Counted from the first letter of the stretch, positions 10,732 through 21,799 are shown. The stretch: 64,000 nt of DNA from an uncultured delta proteobacterium (GCA_963789265.1 CAWBKB010000001.1:1024001-1088000), one strand, 5' to 3'. Notes: a model not told the origin generated them from the letters alone. Numbers and translations: made by a program.

Positions 10732-11132
10732 CAACGAAAACCATTTGTGTATTGTTCGCGAGCCTCGTTCTCGCGATGCTTTTCCATTCGCCTGTCTTTT
10801 CCAATAATCGGGACGGAGGTAGTATCAAAGGGCTATGGCAGCTCGCAAGTGTAATGCCCGCAGGGGTCCCGACCGAAGAAAGGCCGGAAGTTCTGAGCGG
10901 TAGCCTCTTTTATTGGTTCACGCCTGACGGCCGCGTCACCCTGTTAGACGATACAGATGGTGGGATAAAGCGGCAGCGGGGCGTGTGGCGACAACGCGGG
11001 GATCAGATAGTGATAGTCTGGGAATCCGGACTACGTCTTTCGATAAAGGTTGTCAAATCGGAAAAAGGCTCTATCATATTGTCAGGCTTTGATGTACGCC
11101 CCCTTTGGTTTCGGTTTATCCGATACTTTTGA
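10728..11132 (+). CDS. Hypothetical exported beta-rich protein (lipocalin-like)
   Basis: ATGA overlap with the upstream stop; N-terminal signal peptide; IKGLWQL and GVW motifs. Confidence 0.6.
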   Translation: MTTKTICVLFASLVLAMLFHSPVFSNNRDGGSIKGLWQLASVMPAGVPTEERPEVLSGSLFYWFTPDGRVTLLDDTDGGIKRQRGVWRQRGDQIVIVWESGLRLSIKVVKSEKGSIILSGFDVRPLWFRFIRYF

Positions 11133-11162
11133 GAAGGGAAGGCTAACGAGGGCGAGAGAATT

Positions 11163-12209
11163 TTGCACGAGCCGGAACTAGCTAATAACATTGTCGAAAT
11201 TGCGTATGAGAGTTACAACGATTGTGAAGAGTCTTTTGATGACCCGTTCGCCGATGCTAATGTTGAGCCTGAGGAACCGGAATCCGTTCTCGCGGTCCAC
11301 AAAGACACCATCCTAAAATACTGCATCATCGCATCCTGCGTGCTACACATTGTGCTGTTCATCGCCATTCCACGTATGGCAAAGTTGACGCCGGCAAAAT
11401 CGCTTCTCAGAGCCGGTGAAAAAGTGACCCCGGTAAGGCTGGTGGAATCCCCTCCCGAGCCCAAGAAACGGGAGCCCCCCCCGCTTAAAGCTTCTGCGAT
11501 TTCCGACAGAAATCATACCGCTCTCCGCCAAAGGCTTCCCAAGATGCTCCCCGCCCCTACGCCACCTCTAGGGAAGATGGAACCTCTGCAGCAAAAGTTG
11601 GCGGCATTGCCGCCTCCTGCAGTCCCGGAGGACCTTGTCAAGCCTAAGGAGGAGAAGCGCCCCAAAGAAGAAAATCTCAAGCACCCCGCTCCGGCGAAGC
11701 ACACTTACCAGAACCGCCTGAAACGCACCGATTCGATAGATCAGCACAATCTACCCAAACCCCATAGAAGGGTGAACGTTGACCTTAGACCGACGCCGGA
11801 AGATATACGCAGAGGACTTTCCCCGTCGGGAGGGTCGCCGGATTTCTTTCCCAAGGGAGACGCCGACGAAGCTGTTGTTGACATAAATACCCGTGACGAC
11901 AAGTTTTTTTCTTATCTGCTTCAATTGAAGCGGAAGATACAAGCGGTTTGGACTTATCCGTCCGCGGCCGCTCGCGCCGGAATAGGAGGGAGCTTGACCC
12001 TGGAGTTCTCCATTGCGAAAACGGGACAACTACTGGGAGTGAATCTCCTGGATTCTTCGGGCCACACCATACTCGACGAATCCGCGATGAGTGCGATCAA
12101 GAACGCAGCTCCATATTACCCGTTTCCTCCACGATTGCATGCAAAGAGATTACGTGTCAGAGCTAATTTTATTTATGTTACCGGCAATTTTGTTAGAAGC
12201 ATAATGTAG
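11163..12209 (+). CDS. TonB-family energy transducer protein
   Basis: TM with SxxxH (ASCVLH), Pro-rich linker, TonB C-domain (WTYPSAAARAGIGG...SSGHTILDESAMSAI..AAPY.PFP). Confidence 0.85.
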   Translation: MHEPELANNIVEIAYESYNDCEESFDDPFADANVEPEEPESVLAVHKDTILKYCIIASCVLHIVLFIAIPRMAKLTPAKSLLRAGEKVTPVRLVESPPEPKKREPPPLKASAISDRNHTALRQRLPKMLPAPTPPLGKMEPLQQKLAALPPPAVPEDLVKPKEEKRPKEENLKHPAPAKHTYQNRLKRTDSIDQHNLPKPHRRVNVDLRPTPEDIRRGLSPSGGSPDFFPKGDADEAVVDINTRDDKFFSYLLQLKRKIQAVWTYPSAAARAGIGGSLTLEFSIAKTGQLLGVNLLDSSGHTILDESAMSAIKNAAPYYPFPPRLHAKRLRVRANFIYVTGNFVRSIM

Positions 12210-12255
12210 AATTTTAACGACGGCGCTCGTATTAGGTCGGCCCGGTCCGGAACTC

Positions 12256-12648
12256 CTACTCTTTCTCCCGGCTCTTCACTAACTTGTCGTAAGTTTTATG
12301 GTTCATTAACTCCTCAATTTCGTCCGGGTCGGAAGGTTCCACAATAATCAGCCATCCATCTCCATAAGGGTCGTCCGTAAGGGTTTCCGGAGATTCGCTC
12401 AGCAAGTTATTGCACTCCAGGACTATTCCTGAAATAGGGGCCAGGAGATCTGTCACGGCTTTGCTCGTCTCGACAATTCCGAACGGTCTGTTTTTGCTCA
12501 AGGCATCGTCGACTTGGGGCAATTCGATGTAATCCACTTCCCCCAATTCTTCCCTGGCATAATCGCTGATACCGATCAGTGCCTGGTCTTTTTCCAATTT
12601 GACCCAAAGATGATCCTCAGAGTAAAGCCGATCCGCCGGGAATTCCAT
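12256..12648 (-). CDS. gcvH: Glycine cleavage H protein / lipoyl-carrier protein
   Basis: YSEDHLWV, IGISDYA.EELG, VETSKAVTDL (lipoyl-Lys), DPYGDGWL; AAGGAG RBS before ATG 12648. Confidence 0.9.
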   Translation of the reverse strand: MEFPADRLYSEDHLWVKLEKDQALIGISDYAREELGEVDYIELPQVDDALSKNRPFGIVETSKAVTDLLAPISGIVLECNNLLSESPETLTDDPYGDGWLIIVEPSDPDEIEELMNHKTYDKLVKSREKE

Positions 12649-12975
12649 GACACGCTCCTTAAATTGTGGAACAGCGGCGCCATATTGCCCAAAACACTGA
12701 ATCTTGTCAAATGATATCCCTGTCAATTGGAAGGGGCTTCCCATGCCGACAACCTTGCGTGCATACGCATAACATCTGGAAATATCGGGTGTTACTTCAA
12801 ACATCAGGCCAAAAACTCCATCTGATGCCTTCTCTGTTCCTGTCGAAAGGTTGAAGGATCGCACTCAATGGATTATCATAGTCCGGAGGGTTTGGAACTC
12901 GACATTTATCTCGGGGAATGCATCGAGCCCGAGCGTTCGCATCGAGATTTCATTTTCGTTCTATGGGAGGAGAAG

Positions 12976-13242
12976 ATGAAGGACGGTTGTTTAACGATCC
13001 TGTTGATCTTCTTGTTGTTCTGCGCAAATCAGCCCTGCCGTGCCGAAGAGTTCGCCGGAAAGCTCGAGCGCGTCGATATTGACACTGTCACTATCTTGGG
13101 TTGCGGCAATCGTAGGCTGGTAATTAGGGTTGACAGGGGAAGCCGCCTGGCAGCGGCTCCGTTTCTGGGCAAATGGGTGACCGTGGACCTCACCACCGCC
13201 GGCGGGGAATACCAAGCCGTCCGGTTCCGGTCTTGTCGGTAG
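12976..13242 (+). CDS. Small secreted hypothetical protein (OB-fold-like)
   Basis: GGAGGAG RBS; signal peptide; FAGKLERVD...LGKWVTVD. Confidence 0.6.
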   Translation: MKDGCLTILLIFLLFCANQPCRAEEFAGKLERVDIDTVTILGCGNRRLVIRVDRGSRLAAAPFLGKWVTVDLTTAGGEYQAVRFRSCR

Positions 13243-13246
13243 ACCT

Positions 13247-13465
13247 TATACCATTTCGCAATTCAACAAGTAACTTGCAGATACGGAAAGCTCATCATTG
13301 ACCTGACCTTAGTCGGATTGGTGTGAAGATCTCGTAGTCCTTTGCACGGAGCCTGTTCAACGCCCTCCAGTGACGTGAACGCTTTGTTTGGGAGGTGATT
13401 TTCCCTCAAATCCTCCCACAAATGCTCTACCGGATTGAGTTCCGGGCTGTGTGACGGCTGCCGGA
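13247..13465 (-). mobile_element. IS630-family transposase C-terminal remnant with probable right end
   Basis: PSHSPELNPVEHLWEDLR...AFTSLE is the IS630 DDE C-terminal signature; TA-TACCAT terminus just past the stop. Confidence 0.75.
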
Positions 13466-13506
13466 TGGACCTGTGCCATGGCGATGCAGCCGGCCGAGGG
13501 GATGAT

Positions 13507-14655
13507 TCACTTCGAACTGTCCTTGATGGGCCGTACCACACATCCGGGTTCGAGGTCCTCTCCGACGTTGAGTGCCACTAGATCTCCGGCGTGGACCCCC
13601 TTGCACAGTTTTGCGACTTTGCCATCGTTATCGTAGATCGTAACCGGGCACAGAGTGAGTTTGTTGTCAGACCCAACCACTGCCACAAACTGCATCTTGC
13701 CGCGAGTCACCAAGGCTCCAACAGGAACGTCGGCCGTCGCCGCATTCTGCACCGACAAAGAAACCCGGACGAAACTGCCGGGCACTATTTGCATGCCATG
13801 ATTATCGACATCAATCTCAACCCTGAGTGTTTGCGTCTTCAGGTCAAGCGCTCCGCTGGTACGAGTGACACTGCCGGGGATCTTTTTGTCCGGTCGCGCC
13901 GGCTCCCAAATTTCGGCTTGATCTCCGACTTGTACTAGTGAAGCAGTCTTTGCGTGGGGATACACGTATACTCGCAGTCGATCTGTTTGCGCAAGCGTAA
14001 CAACGGGCAAATCCGGGCTCTCCTCTTGCACGGCTTGTTGAATCAGTGCACCCGGGTCCGCGAAGCGGGCGGTGACAATTCCCGAAAACGGCGCACGTAT
14101 CTCCTGGTAGTCTTTCTCAGTCTTCAAAGCGGCAGCCTCGGACTCCGCGACCTCGGCCGCAGACTCCTCCTTATCAAATTGTTCCTCCGAAATGGATCCG
14201 CTCTTAATGAGAAACTGTCCACGACCCGCGTCAAGCCGTTTGTCCTTGGCATTGGCGATAGCAGCGTCGTACTGCTGATCGAGCTCCGGGGACTCAACAA
14301 CAGCCAAAAGGTCACCGGCCGATACCTTATCGCCCTTATCCACGTTAATTTTCTTCAGGTACCCGCTGATTTTCGAGTACAGGGTTACGCTCAAGTACGG
14401 ATCTGCCTCCCCGGTCAGGGTGACAGATTCGGTTGCCGGACTGGGCGTTGCTGAAACGACCCGAACTTCCGAAATGGCCGTCAACTCGTGAACCACCGAT
14501 TTGGTGACGTGAGTCTTCACTGAATGCCGATGTCGTACATTCAGGCCGGTATAAATGCTGACAACCACGGCAGCGGGGAGGACGAATGCGTAAATGAGTG
14601 TGGAGCTAGACAGCTCAATTTTCTTGGAAAGGAATGCGGGAATTCTAAGACTCAT
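13507..14655 (-). CDS. RND efflux periplasmic adaptor (MFP) 2
   Basis: N-terminal TM, SKISGYLKKINVDKGDKV, IRAPFSGIVTARFADPG, TQTLRVEIDVDN. Confidence 0.92.
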   Translation of the reverse strand: MSLRIPAFLSKKIELSSSTLIYAFVLPAAVVVSIYTGLNVRHRHSVKTHVTKSVVHELTAISEVRVVSATPSPATESVTLTGEADPYLSVTLYSKISGYLKKINVDKGDKVSAGDLLAVVESPELDQQYDAAIANAKDKRLDAGRGQFLIKSGSISEEQFDKEESAAEVAESEAAALKTEKDYQEIRAPFSGIVTARFADPGALIQQAVQEESPDLPVVTLAQTDRLRVYVYPHAKTASLVQVGDQAEIWEPARPDKKIPGSVTRTSGALDLKTQTLRVEIDVDNHGMQIVPGSFVRVSLSVQNAATADVPVGALVTRGKMQFVAVVGSDNKLTLCPVTIYDNDGKVAKLCKGVHAGDLVALNVGEDLEPGCVVRPIKDSSK

Positions 14656-14955
14656 GATGGGATTTACCTCTCTGATTCAATCTGACTCGCGCCCGTAAGC
14701 ACCTCTCGGGCAGCGATTCGTGGGCCAAACTTTTATGCCGACGGCAGCGTTTCAACAGTACCCGAGACACCCCCTATGGTCCCTCCATCATGACCTGTGG
14801 CAGTTTTGCCACCTCCGTTATACGTGTCCACATCATTGAATGCACGTCCAAAGTCATTGTTGGTTTGGTGTTCATGCCTAGACTCTCCGTCCTGGCCATG
14901 TTTACTTTCCTTATTAATGTAGCGGCATGTATCGTAGTGGACAGCTATCGGCGGC

Positions 14956-16093
14956 TCACCCGGAGGCTCTCACCGGTACCGGTTGCACCACGTGTCCATC
15001 TTCGACGCTATCTCCAACATGCAGCCCGACGCGCTCTCCAGCTTTCAAGCCTGAACTCAGTCTAACCATTATGCCGTTGGTGTAATAAATAGTTACGGGA
15101 CGAATTGTGACCCTGTTGTCATTGTCGATCACCGGCACGAAATATTTGTTTCCGCGTATGATCAGGGCCTCGACCGGGACTTCCACCGTGGCCGGTGACG
15201 TACACCGAAAGAGAAACTTGAACGAAAGTACCAGGGGCTACTTGCATGCCGGGATTGTCCAAATCGATCTCTACCAGCATCGTCCGGGTCTTGGGATCGA
15301 TTTCTCCACTAATGCGGTCCACCTTGCCGTTGATCTTAAAGCCCGGATGCGCCGAGTCCCAGATCTCTGCATGATCTCCTAGCTTGACCAGGCCGGAGAT
15401 ATTTTGATCACAATAGATGTACACTCGCAGTCGGTCGTCTTCAGCCAATCTTATAATAGGCATTGTTCGCGTCTCTCGCTGGACCGATCCTTGCAAGAGT
15501 GCGCCGGGGTCTACATAGCGGGCGGTAACAATTCCCGTAAACGGGGCGCGAATATACTGATAGTCCCTTTCCGTCTTCAGCGCTGCAGCTTTGGACTCTG
15601 CGACTTTGGCAGCGGATACCTTGTGTTCAAGATCCTGGTCCGAAATCGATCCGCTCTTGATAAGGGCCTGTGCGTCGTCGGCGTCCATACGTTTATTCTT
15701 TGCATCTGCGACGGCGGCCTCGTATTTCTGGTCAAGCTCAGGGGATTCAATTTCGGCGATAAGCTGCCCGGCTGAGATCTTATCGCCTTTGTCCACTTTG
15801 ATATCCTTTAAATACCCACTGACCTTGGAGTAGATAGTCACATCCAGGTAGGGCCACGCCTCTCCGGTGAGCCTAACAGATTCGGTTGCAGCGCCGGGAG
15901 TCGCGGAAACGACTTGAACGCGAGGGCCGGCCTTCAGGCTCGCCACTCTAGATTGCTCCGAATGCTCGTGCCATGATTGCTGGTCAGCCCATAGGCTGGC
16001 GACCACCACAACCGGAAGGGCCAACCCCAGACCGCACAGCCCAAGAGATCGCATGACCGTTTTGTAATTCCAATTGGTTCGTTTACGAATCAT
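14956..16093 (-). CDS. RND efflux periplasmic adaptor (MFP) 1, with a +1 frameshift near 15192
   Basis: ORFs 15119..16093 and 14956..15186 join to SLSVYVTATVEVPV, collinear with the paralogue's SLSVQNAATADVPV, if one base is removed. Confidence 0.85.
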
Positions 16094-16146
16094 CTCTCTC
16101 TCACTCCACTAACTCGTCTCTGGTACCTGCCTGGAATCGCCTAGTC

Positions 16147-16395
16147 TTTCGCTATGTTGATCGTTCTGGTGAACCACCAGTGTCTCAGTGGCAAAGCTGC
16201 CGACTCATCTGAAGGGCCACTTCCGGGATATGCCTAGTGCAACCGGTGAAAAACCAAGGGTCCCAAGCTCCATAACCTGAACCGTTTCTACCCGAACATA
16301 AGCACAAATGAGGGGGTTACAGGGCTCCCTCTGTTGGGTATTCGTCCTTGACTCTTACGAGAGGTAGTCTGGCAGTGGGTACTTTCACTGTCAAG
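16147..16395 (-). promoter_or_regulatory. Conserved leader module copy A: TTGACA -35 element, 22-codon uORF (16205..16273) and downstream conserved block
   Basis: Homologous to 20104..20347: shared CTTGACAGTGAAAG, a 20-bp identical block at the uORF start, and 65/81 ungapped identity downstream. Confidence 0.7.
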
Positions 16396-16561
16396 TTTCG
16401 AAACCGTTAAGCATGTTATCATTCCGTTAGGTAATTGGACCGCATGGGGCAAACTTCCCGTGGCGGATCGTGTGACACCCGTAAGGATTGACTTCGCGTT
16501 TCGCGAACCCTCGGGCGGGGCACCGGTGAATACATGGTGAATCTCGTAATAGCGAGTCATT

Positions 16562-19500
16562 TTAGCTCACTATCTCACCGCAGGCACCCGCCTTGAAACG
16601 TTCTTCCAAAAGGTGTTTGCCGGGAAGTTTGGTCCGCAACATTGAATAGATTACAGGTACCAAAAACAGAGTTGCCACTGTGGCAAAAATCAGGCCTCCC
16701 ACGACTGCTCGACCCAACGGAGCGTTCTGCTCGCCGCCTTCACCCATGCCCAATGCCATCGGAAGCATGCCGATAATCATGGCCAAAGCAGTCATCAGTA
16801 CCGGTCTGAGGCGGGTTCTGCCGGCTTCCAGTGCGGCCGCTAAAGAGGAACCCCCTTTCTCCACTCGGATGTCATTTGCAAAACTGACCACCAGTATCGA
16901 GTTCGCGGTCGCAATGCCAACTGCCATTATGGAGCCCATAAGCGACTCCACGTTTATAGTGGTCCCAGTGAGGGCCAGCATCCATAAAATTCCGGCAAGG
17001 GCTGCAGGAATTGCCATCATAATGATGAACGGATCAAGGGCTGACTGGAAAAGCACCATCATCAAAAGGAACACAAGCAGAATTGCGAGGACCAGTCCGA
17101 TGCCTAGACTGCGAAACGAATATTTCATAATCTGACTTTGTCCCCGGACATTGATTTTTGTTCCCGCAGGCAGAGTCCCCAATTCCGCTATCTTCCGTTG
17201 GATGTCCGCTGCGACGGAACCCAAGTCCCGTCCTTCCACGTTGGCATCCACGTTCAGCACCCTCTGTATTGTGTGGTGATCGACGTCCTCGGGGCCTGCT
17301 AAGTTGGTAATCTCTGCGACGTTTCTCAGCACCTGGGTGGGTATATGCGGAAGATCCCTTGACGGTGGTAAGGACCCCTGAGGCCGCGGGTTTTCACTCC
17401 CTGGGACCGCGGAACCCTGCGGTTTAAACAATGTGCCCCGCGCCGAAGGAGTTAAAGGAATGTTTGCTAGGCTCTGGACGGAATTCACTTGATCCAACGG
17501 AATCTGAACCGCGACCGGGTAGTTGACGCTGTTTTTCGGGTTCAGGTAAAAGGAGGGCGAAATTATGAGGCTTGACGACAATCCCACGAGAACGCTGTCC
17601 GCAACGTCGTGCTGCGTCATCCCGAGTTCTCCCGCCTTTGTTCTGTCTACCTCTACGTGCAGTGTGGGGTAATTAAGGACTTGTTTTATGTGTACGTCTG
17701 CTGCGCCGGGAATCTTGAAGATTGCGTCCCTTACTCGCTTGGCGTACTCGTATGCTCGATCGAATTTCACATCCTCGATTTGCACGTCGATGGTGGAACT
17801 GAGACCAAAGTTCAGCACCTGTGTAATAATGTCTGCCGCTTGAAAATAGAAGGTAGAGCCGGGAAAGTCATGCGCAAGGACTTTCCGGAGTTTCCGCTTG
17901 TAGAGCGATGTGGGGTGATGGTCCTTTTTCAGGGCAATGAGGATGTCGGCATCCATTTCACCAATATTGTCGGTCTGGACGAATGCCAGGCTGGTAAAAC
18001 CTGGCACCCCGATCATCGAATTAATTGTAGAGATCTCTCGGGCAGGGATCACGCTTCTAATTCGATGTTCCACCTTTGCAACCAGACGCTCGGTTTCCTC
18101 AATACGCGTCCCCGCCGGGGCTCGAAAGTGCAGCTTCATTAATCCCGCGTCAACGGATGGGAAGAAATCGGTCCCGATGACAAGAACTAAGCCGAAGCTG
18201 GCGATCATGAAACAGGTTGACACAACTAGCACTGTGCCACGATTACGAAGAGCCTTTTCCAGCAACGCGGAGTATGAAGCCTGGAATCGCTCGAAAGCTC
18301 GCTCCCGCCGCGAATTGAGCTTTCCGGCAAATGACCTCAGGAATCCCTTCGGAGCAATCTCGGCCGATGACCTGTCGGCCGCGAAATGATCCTGTTTCGC
18401 CATCAATTCGTAGGCCAATGCGGGTACGAGTGAGCGAGACAGCACGTACGACACGATCATGGCGATCACTACTGCCAATGCCAGAGGTATGAAAAGGAAC
18501 TTCGCCGCGCCGTACAGCAAAACCACGGGAAAAAAAACCACACAGATAGCCATTGTAGCCACGATTGTGGGTTCGGCGACCTCACGGGCGCCATCCAAAA
18601 TCGCAATGGTTAGCGGTTTGCCCAGCTCCTTATTGCGATGGATGTTCTCCACCATAACCGTGGCGTTATCAACGAGTATGCCAATTGATAGAGCGAGCCC
18701 GCCAAGGCTCATAAGGTTGATGCTGTGCCCCAACAGGTTCAACCCTATGATGGAAGCGAAGATTGCCAGCGGTATAGATACGATGACTGTTACCATGGCG
18801 CGCCAGTCACCCAAAAAGATTAGCACCATCAGCGATACCAGGATCGAGGCGAGAATCACCTCCCGTACCACCCCCTCGATGGCGGCTCGCACGAAAACGG
18901 ATTGATCGAAATCCAGTTTGAGTTCCAGGCCCTTGGGAGCTACGGCCTTGATCTCGGGCAAAAGGGCTCGAGTCGCATCAACCACGGCTAGAGTCGAGGC
19001 GTCCGCATGTTTCAAGATCGCAAGGTAGGTGGCGCGTTTCCCGTTCACCCGCACGATGTTGGTCTGTTCCGCGAAAGAGTCCGAGACCCGCGCCACATCG
19101 CCCAGGCAGACCACCGCATCGCCAACGAGTTTCACGGGAATCTGCTTGAACTCATCGACCAGACGAGGACTCGAATTGATGTCTACGTTGTACGTGCTCC
19201 GGCCAATGCGGGCAGTGCCGGCCGGTATGATAACGTTAGAAGCTTGGAGGGCACGGACGACGTCGGCCGGCGATAGACCCCTGGAAGCCAATGCTTGCGG
19301 ATCTATGTTGATCATTACCTGGCGAGTTTTTCCACCGAACGGGGCAGGAACGGACGTGCCGGGTATGCTGAACAGTGACACCCTAATAAAGTTCAAAGCG
19401 TAGTCGTATACTTGTTGTTCGGGAAGGGTTTTGCTCGATGCAGTTAGTTGCGCTACCGGAACGTTCGACGCGTTGAACTGAATGATCGTAGGGGGTTGCA

Positions 19501-19870
19501 TTCCCGGGGGTAGGACTCGGAGCACGGTACTAGATACCGCAGAAATCTGTGCGATTGCTCCCCCAATCTCGGTACCGGGGTGAAAGTATATCTTGACGAG
19601 ACCGACACCTGGAATCGACTGAGACTCTATCTTTTCAATGCCGTTGACCGTTGTAGAATACGAGCGCTCGCTGACAAAGACTACCCTGCTTTCCATGTCT
19701 TGGGGAGAAAGACCCGGATAATTCCACACGACCACGACTACAGGTAGATCTACTGAGGGAAAAATGTCGACGACCATTCTGGTCAGGGAAAGGATACCCA
19801 TGACCACGATTACCACTGCCATTGCCACCACTGTGTAAGGTCGGCGGAGGCCAAGTCGAACTAACCACAT
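16562..19870 (-). CDS. RND efflux permease (AcrB/CzcA/NolG-like)
   Basis: DIFPSVDLPVV, SIPLAI, SLGGLALSIGILVDNATVMVENI, RLRPVLMTALAMIIGMLPMALG, PLGRAVVGGL. Confidence 0.95.
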   Translation of the reverse strand: MWLVRLGLRRPYTVVAMAVVIVVMGILSLTRMVVDIFPSVDLPVVVVVWNYPGLSPQDMESRVVFVSERSYSTTVNGIEKIESQSIPGVGLVKIYFHPGTEIGGAIAQISAVSSTVLRVLPPGMQPPTIIQFNASNVPVAQLTASSKTLPEQQVYDYALNFIRVSLFSIPGTSVPAPFGGKTRQVMINIDPQALASRGLSPADVVRALQASNVIIPAGTARIGRSTYNVDINSSPRLVDEFKQIPVKLVGDAVVCLGDVARVSDSFAEQTNIVRVNGKRATYLAILKHADASTLAVVDATRALLPEIKAVAPKGLELKLDFDQSVFVRAAIEGVVREVILASILVSLMVLIFLGDWRAMVTVIVSIPLAIFASIIGLNLLGHSINLMSLGGLALSIGILVDNATVMVENIHRNKELGKPLTIAILDGAREVAEPTIVATMAICVVFFPVVLLYGAAKFLFIPLALAVVIAMIVSYVLSRSLVPALAYELMAKQDHFAADRSSAEIAPKGFLRSFAGKLNSRRERAFERFQASYSALLEKALRNRGTVLVVSTCFMIASFGLVLVIGTDFFPSVDAGLMKLHFRAPAGTRIEETERLVAKVEHRIRSVIPAREISTINSMIGVPGFTSLAFVQTDNIGEMDADILIALKKDHHPTSLYKRKLRKVLAHDFPGSTFYFQAADIITQVLNFGLSSTIDVQIEDVKFDRAYEYAKRVRDAIFKIPGAADVHIKQVLNYPTLHVEVDRTKAGELGMTQHDVADSVLVGLSSSLIISPSFYLNPKNSVNYPVAVQIPLDQVNSVQSLANIPLTPSARGTLFKPQGSAVPGSENPRPQGSLPPSRDLPHIPTQVLRNVAEITNLAGPEDVDHHTIQRVLNVDANVEGRDLGSVAADIQRKIAELGTLPAGTKINVRGQSQIMKYSFRSLGIGLVLAILLVFLLMMVLFQSALDPFIIMMAIPAALAGILWMLALTGTTINVESLMGSIMAVGIATANSILVVSFANDIRVEKGGSSLAAALEAGRTRLRPVLMTALAMIIGMLPMALGMGEGGEQNAPLGRAVVGGLIFATVATLFLVPVIYSMLRTKLPGKHLLEERFKAGACGEIVS

Positions 19871-20103
19871 TAGGTGCTCATCCTCTCACCCATCCGGGGT
19901 GTGGAATTGGTACGCTAAGGGCCACTACTCCTCCGTTGCGGGAGAAGGGTTGCCGGAACTCGTACACCGGGTGATATTGCTCGTCCTCATCAGGAGTTCG
20001 ATAGAACAATCTCACCCAAAACAATCGGTGGTCCTACAAAATGCAAGTTTCAACAACCAGCATTGCAGGCACTGTGGCTTACCGGAATTCGACCATGCTG
20101 TGG

Positions 20104-20347
20104 TTTCGCTATCTTGATCATTCCGTTGAACAGGCCGTGTCTCAGCGGCAATGCTGTCAAGTTACCTGAAGCGCCACTTCCGGGCCATGTCCCGCAGAGC
20201 AGGCACAAAGCCCAAGGGTCCCAAGCTCCATGGCCTAAACCACTTCCGCCAAACCGCAAACGAAAAGCGAACGTCGCTCCGCCCTTCGATATCCATCCGC
20301 CCCTTTGTGAAAAGTAGTGTCTGACGCTGAGTGCTTTCACTGTCAAG
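20104..20347 (-). promoter_or_regulatory. Conserved leader module copy B (uORF 20162..20231, one extra G relative to copy A)
   Basis: See copy A; lies upstream of the RND permease. Confidence 0.7.
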
Positions 20348-20604
20348 GTTTGAGCTTACCCGGGATCTACCACTTCATCTTCCCGAGCGTAGTTTGACGG
20401 GCCGTAGGACACTATCCGGCCCTATACAAGCCTCGTCTGGTACCCTCAAATGGAGTACTCCTGAACAATGCCATGTGCTCCCATTGTTCTCGAACCTTGG
20501 CTGCCTCACTGAGGATAATGCAGGGTCCGCTCGGGACTCTTCCAGACATCCTCTTCGGTCAACCGAGTGGACCCCGCATTTCTTACTCGCTTAGGGAAAG
20601 GAGG

Positions 20605-20907
20605 TCAAGGCATCTCCTTGAAGGGGCCCTGATACCGTCCTTTGGCGCTTACTTGAGGATAAGTGAAATATCGCTCGGAGTTGTAGTGCCAGTCGCACCC
20701 CATTCCCTGGCCTGTGGCACGTTCCGCTGCGTCACAGGTCGCATAAGGCCCTGATTCCACTAGCCAGCCGTAATGAGGGGTGCCGTTCGTCACTGCCATT
20801 TCGCCCGCTCGATCTCGAATGACATAGTATTGGCCCGCATAGACTGTTGAAGAGATGACCACAAACGCCACAATAATCGCCGCGACTGAGATCACTAGGT
20901 TTTTCAT
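20605..20907 (-). CDS. Small secreted hypothetical protein
   Basis: AAGGAG RBS; signal peptide ending VYA; 100 aa. Confidence 0.7.
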   Translation of the reverse strand: MKNLVISVAAIIVAFVVISSTVYAGQYYVIRDRAGEMAVTNGTPHYGWLVESGPYATCDAAERATGQGMGCDWHYNSERYFTYPQVSAKGRYQGPFKEMP

Positions 20908-21799
20908 ACTTCAAAAATCTCCTTTTTAAACAGTTCTTTATGTTTGGATCATACATGCTTGCGCGAGGTACACTTCCTTCCGACATAAAAAACCGCTTTA
21001 CGGTGACAAGGTTGTTACTCCTTTCTGTTGGTGGAATGTGAACATGAACCGTACCGAGGCCATCCCTTGGAGACATGGGCTCCGCGAAAAAATTCTATAC
21101 CCAGGGATTAATGGGGTCAGTCGTGGAACCGAAAACACGCCCCGGACTCTGTACGGCCTCTCTTAGACCGTTGTTTCTCTCTAAAACGCACTTCCTCTCT
21201 CTCGACCAAGCGCCATAGCGCTCGATGAGGGTATTGTTAAGGGCCCTGCCTCTCGGGTGCATGCTGACCGTGATAGGCTGAGCCTATACGCCGCCGGCAC
21301 ACCTGGTGGAGGTGGACTCGGAACCTTGACTCAGGTTGGATATTTCATACTTGGAGGGCCTAAAATCATGCTGAACGCCTTAAGACGAATTTACACCTAT
21401 ACCTATTCGGATTAATGACACCTGCTAAGTCCGGATGTTCCGAGTGAACCAGTACGGTATCGCCATGATCTAGAAAATGCCATTCTTGATTGGGAATATC
21501 GGTTAATGTCACTCGACCATCTCTGTCACGGTAGATCAAAGGTCAGTCCCTTGAGCAAGTACGGATACCTTTGGTGTCGTGTCTCATTGAAGAGTAATTA
21601 ATACGGAATCCGTGTGAAAATGGCGTGTCCCGGCTTATAAATTAGTTTTGGCCCAAAGTTGGGGGAGTAGATTAGGCAAACCGAGAGTTCCTTATGATGC
21701 ACACAATATACGGAGTTACCGTGTGGAACCAGGTAATGTTTCACGGTCCGATAGACAAGACGGAGGGAGCGGGCGATAAGCACCGGAGGATCGTCCAGG

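Noticed and set aside
14773..14900. ~41-codon Met-rich minus-strand ORF upstream of MFP2 as a third leader copy
   Set aside because: No similarity to the MELGTLG module; nothing beyond a weak RBS supports it.
16147..16283. TPP riboswitch (CUGAGA present in both leader copies)
   Set aside because: Lacks the ACCUGA and AGGGA core elements and the expected order; the efflux context does not fit.
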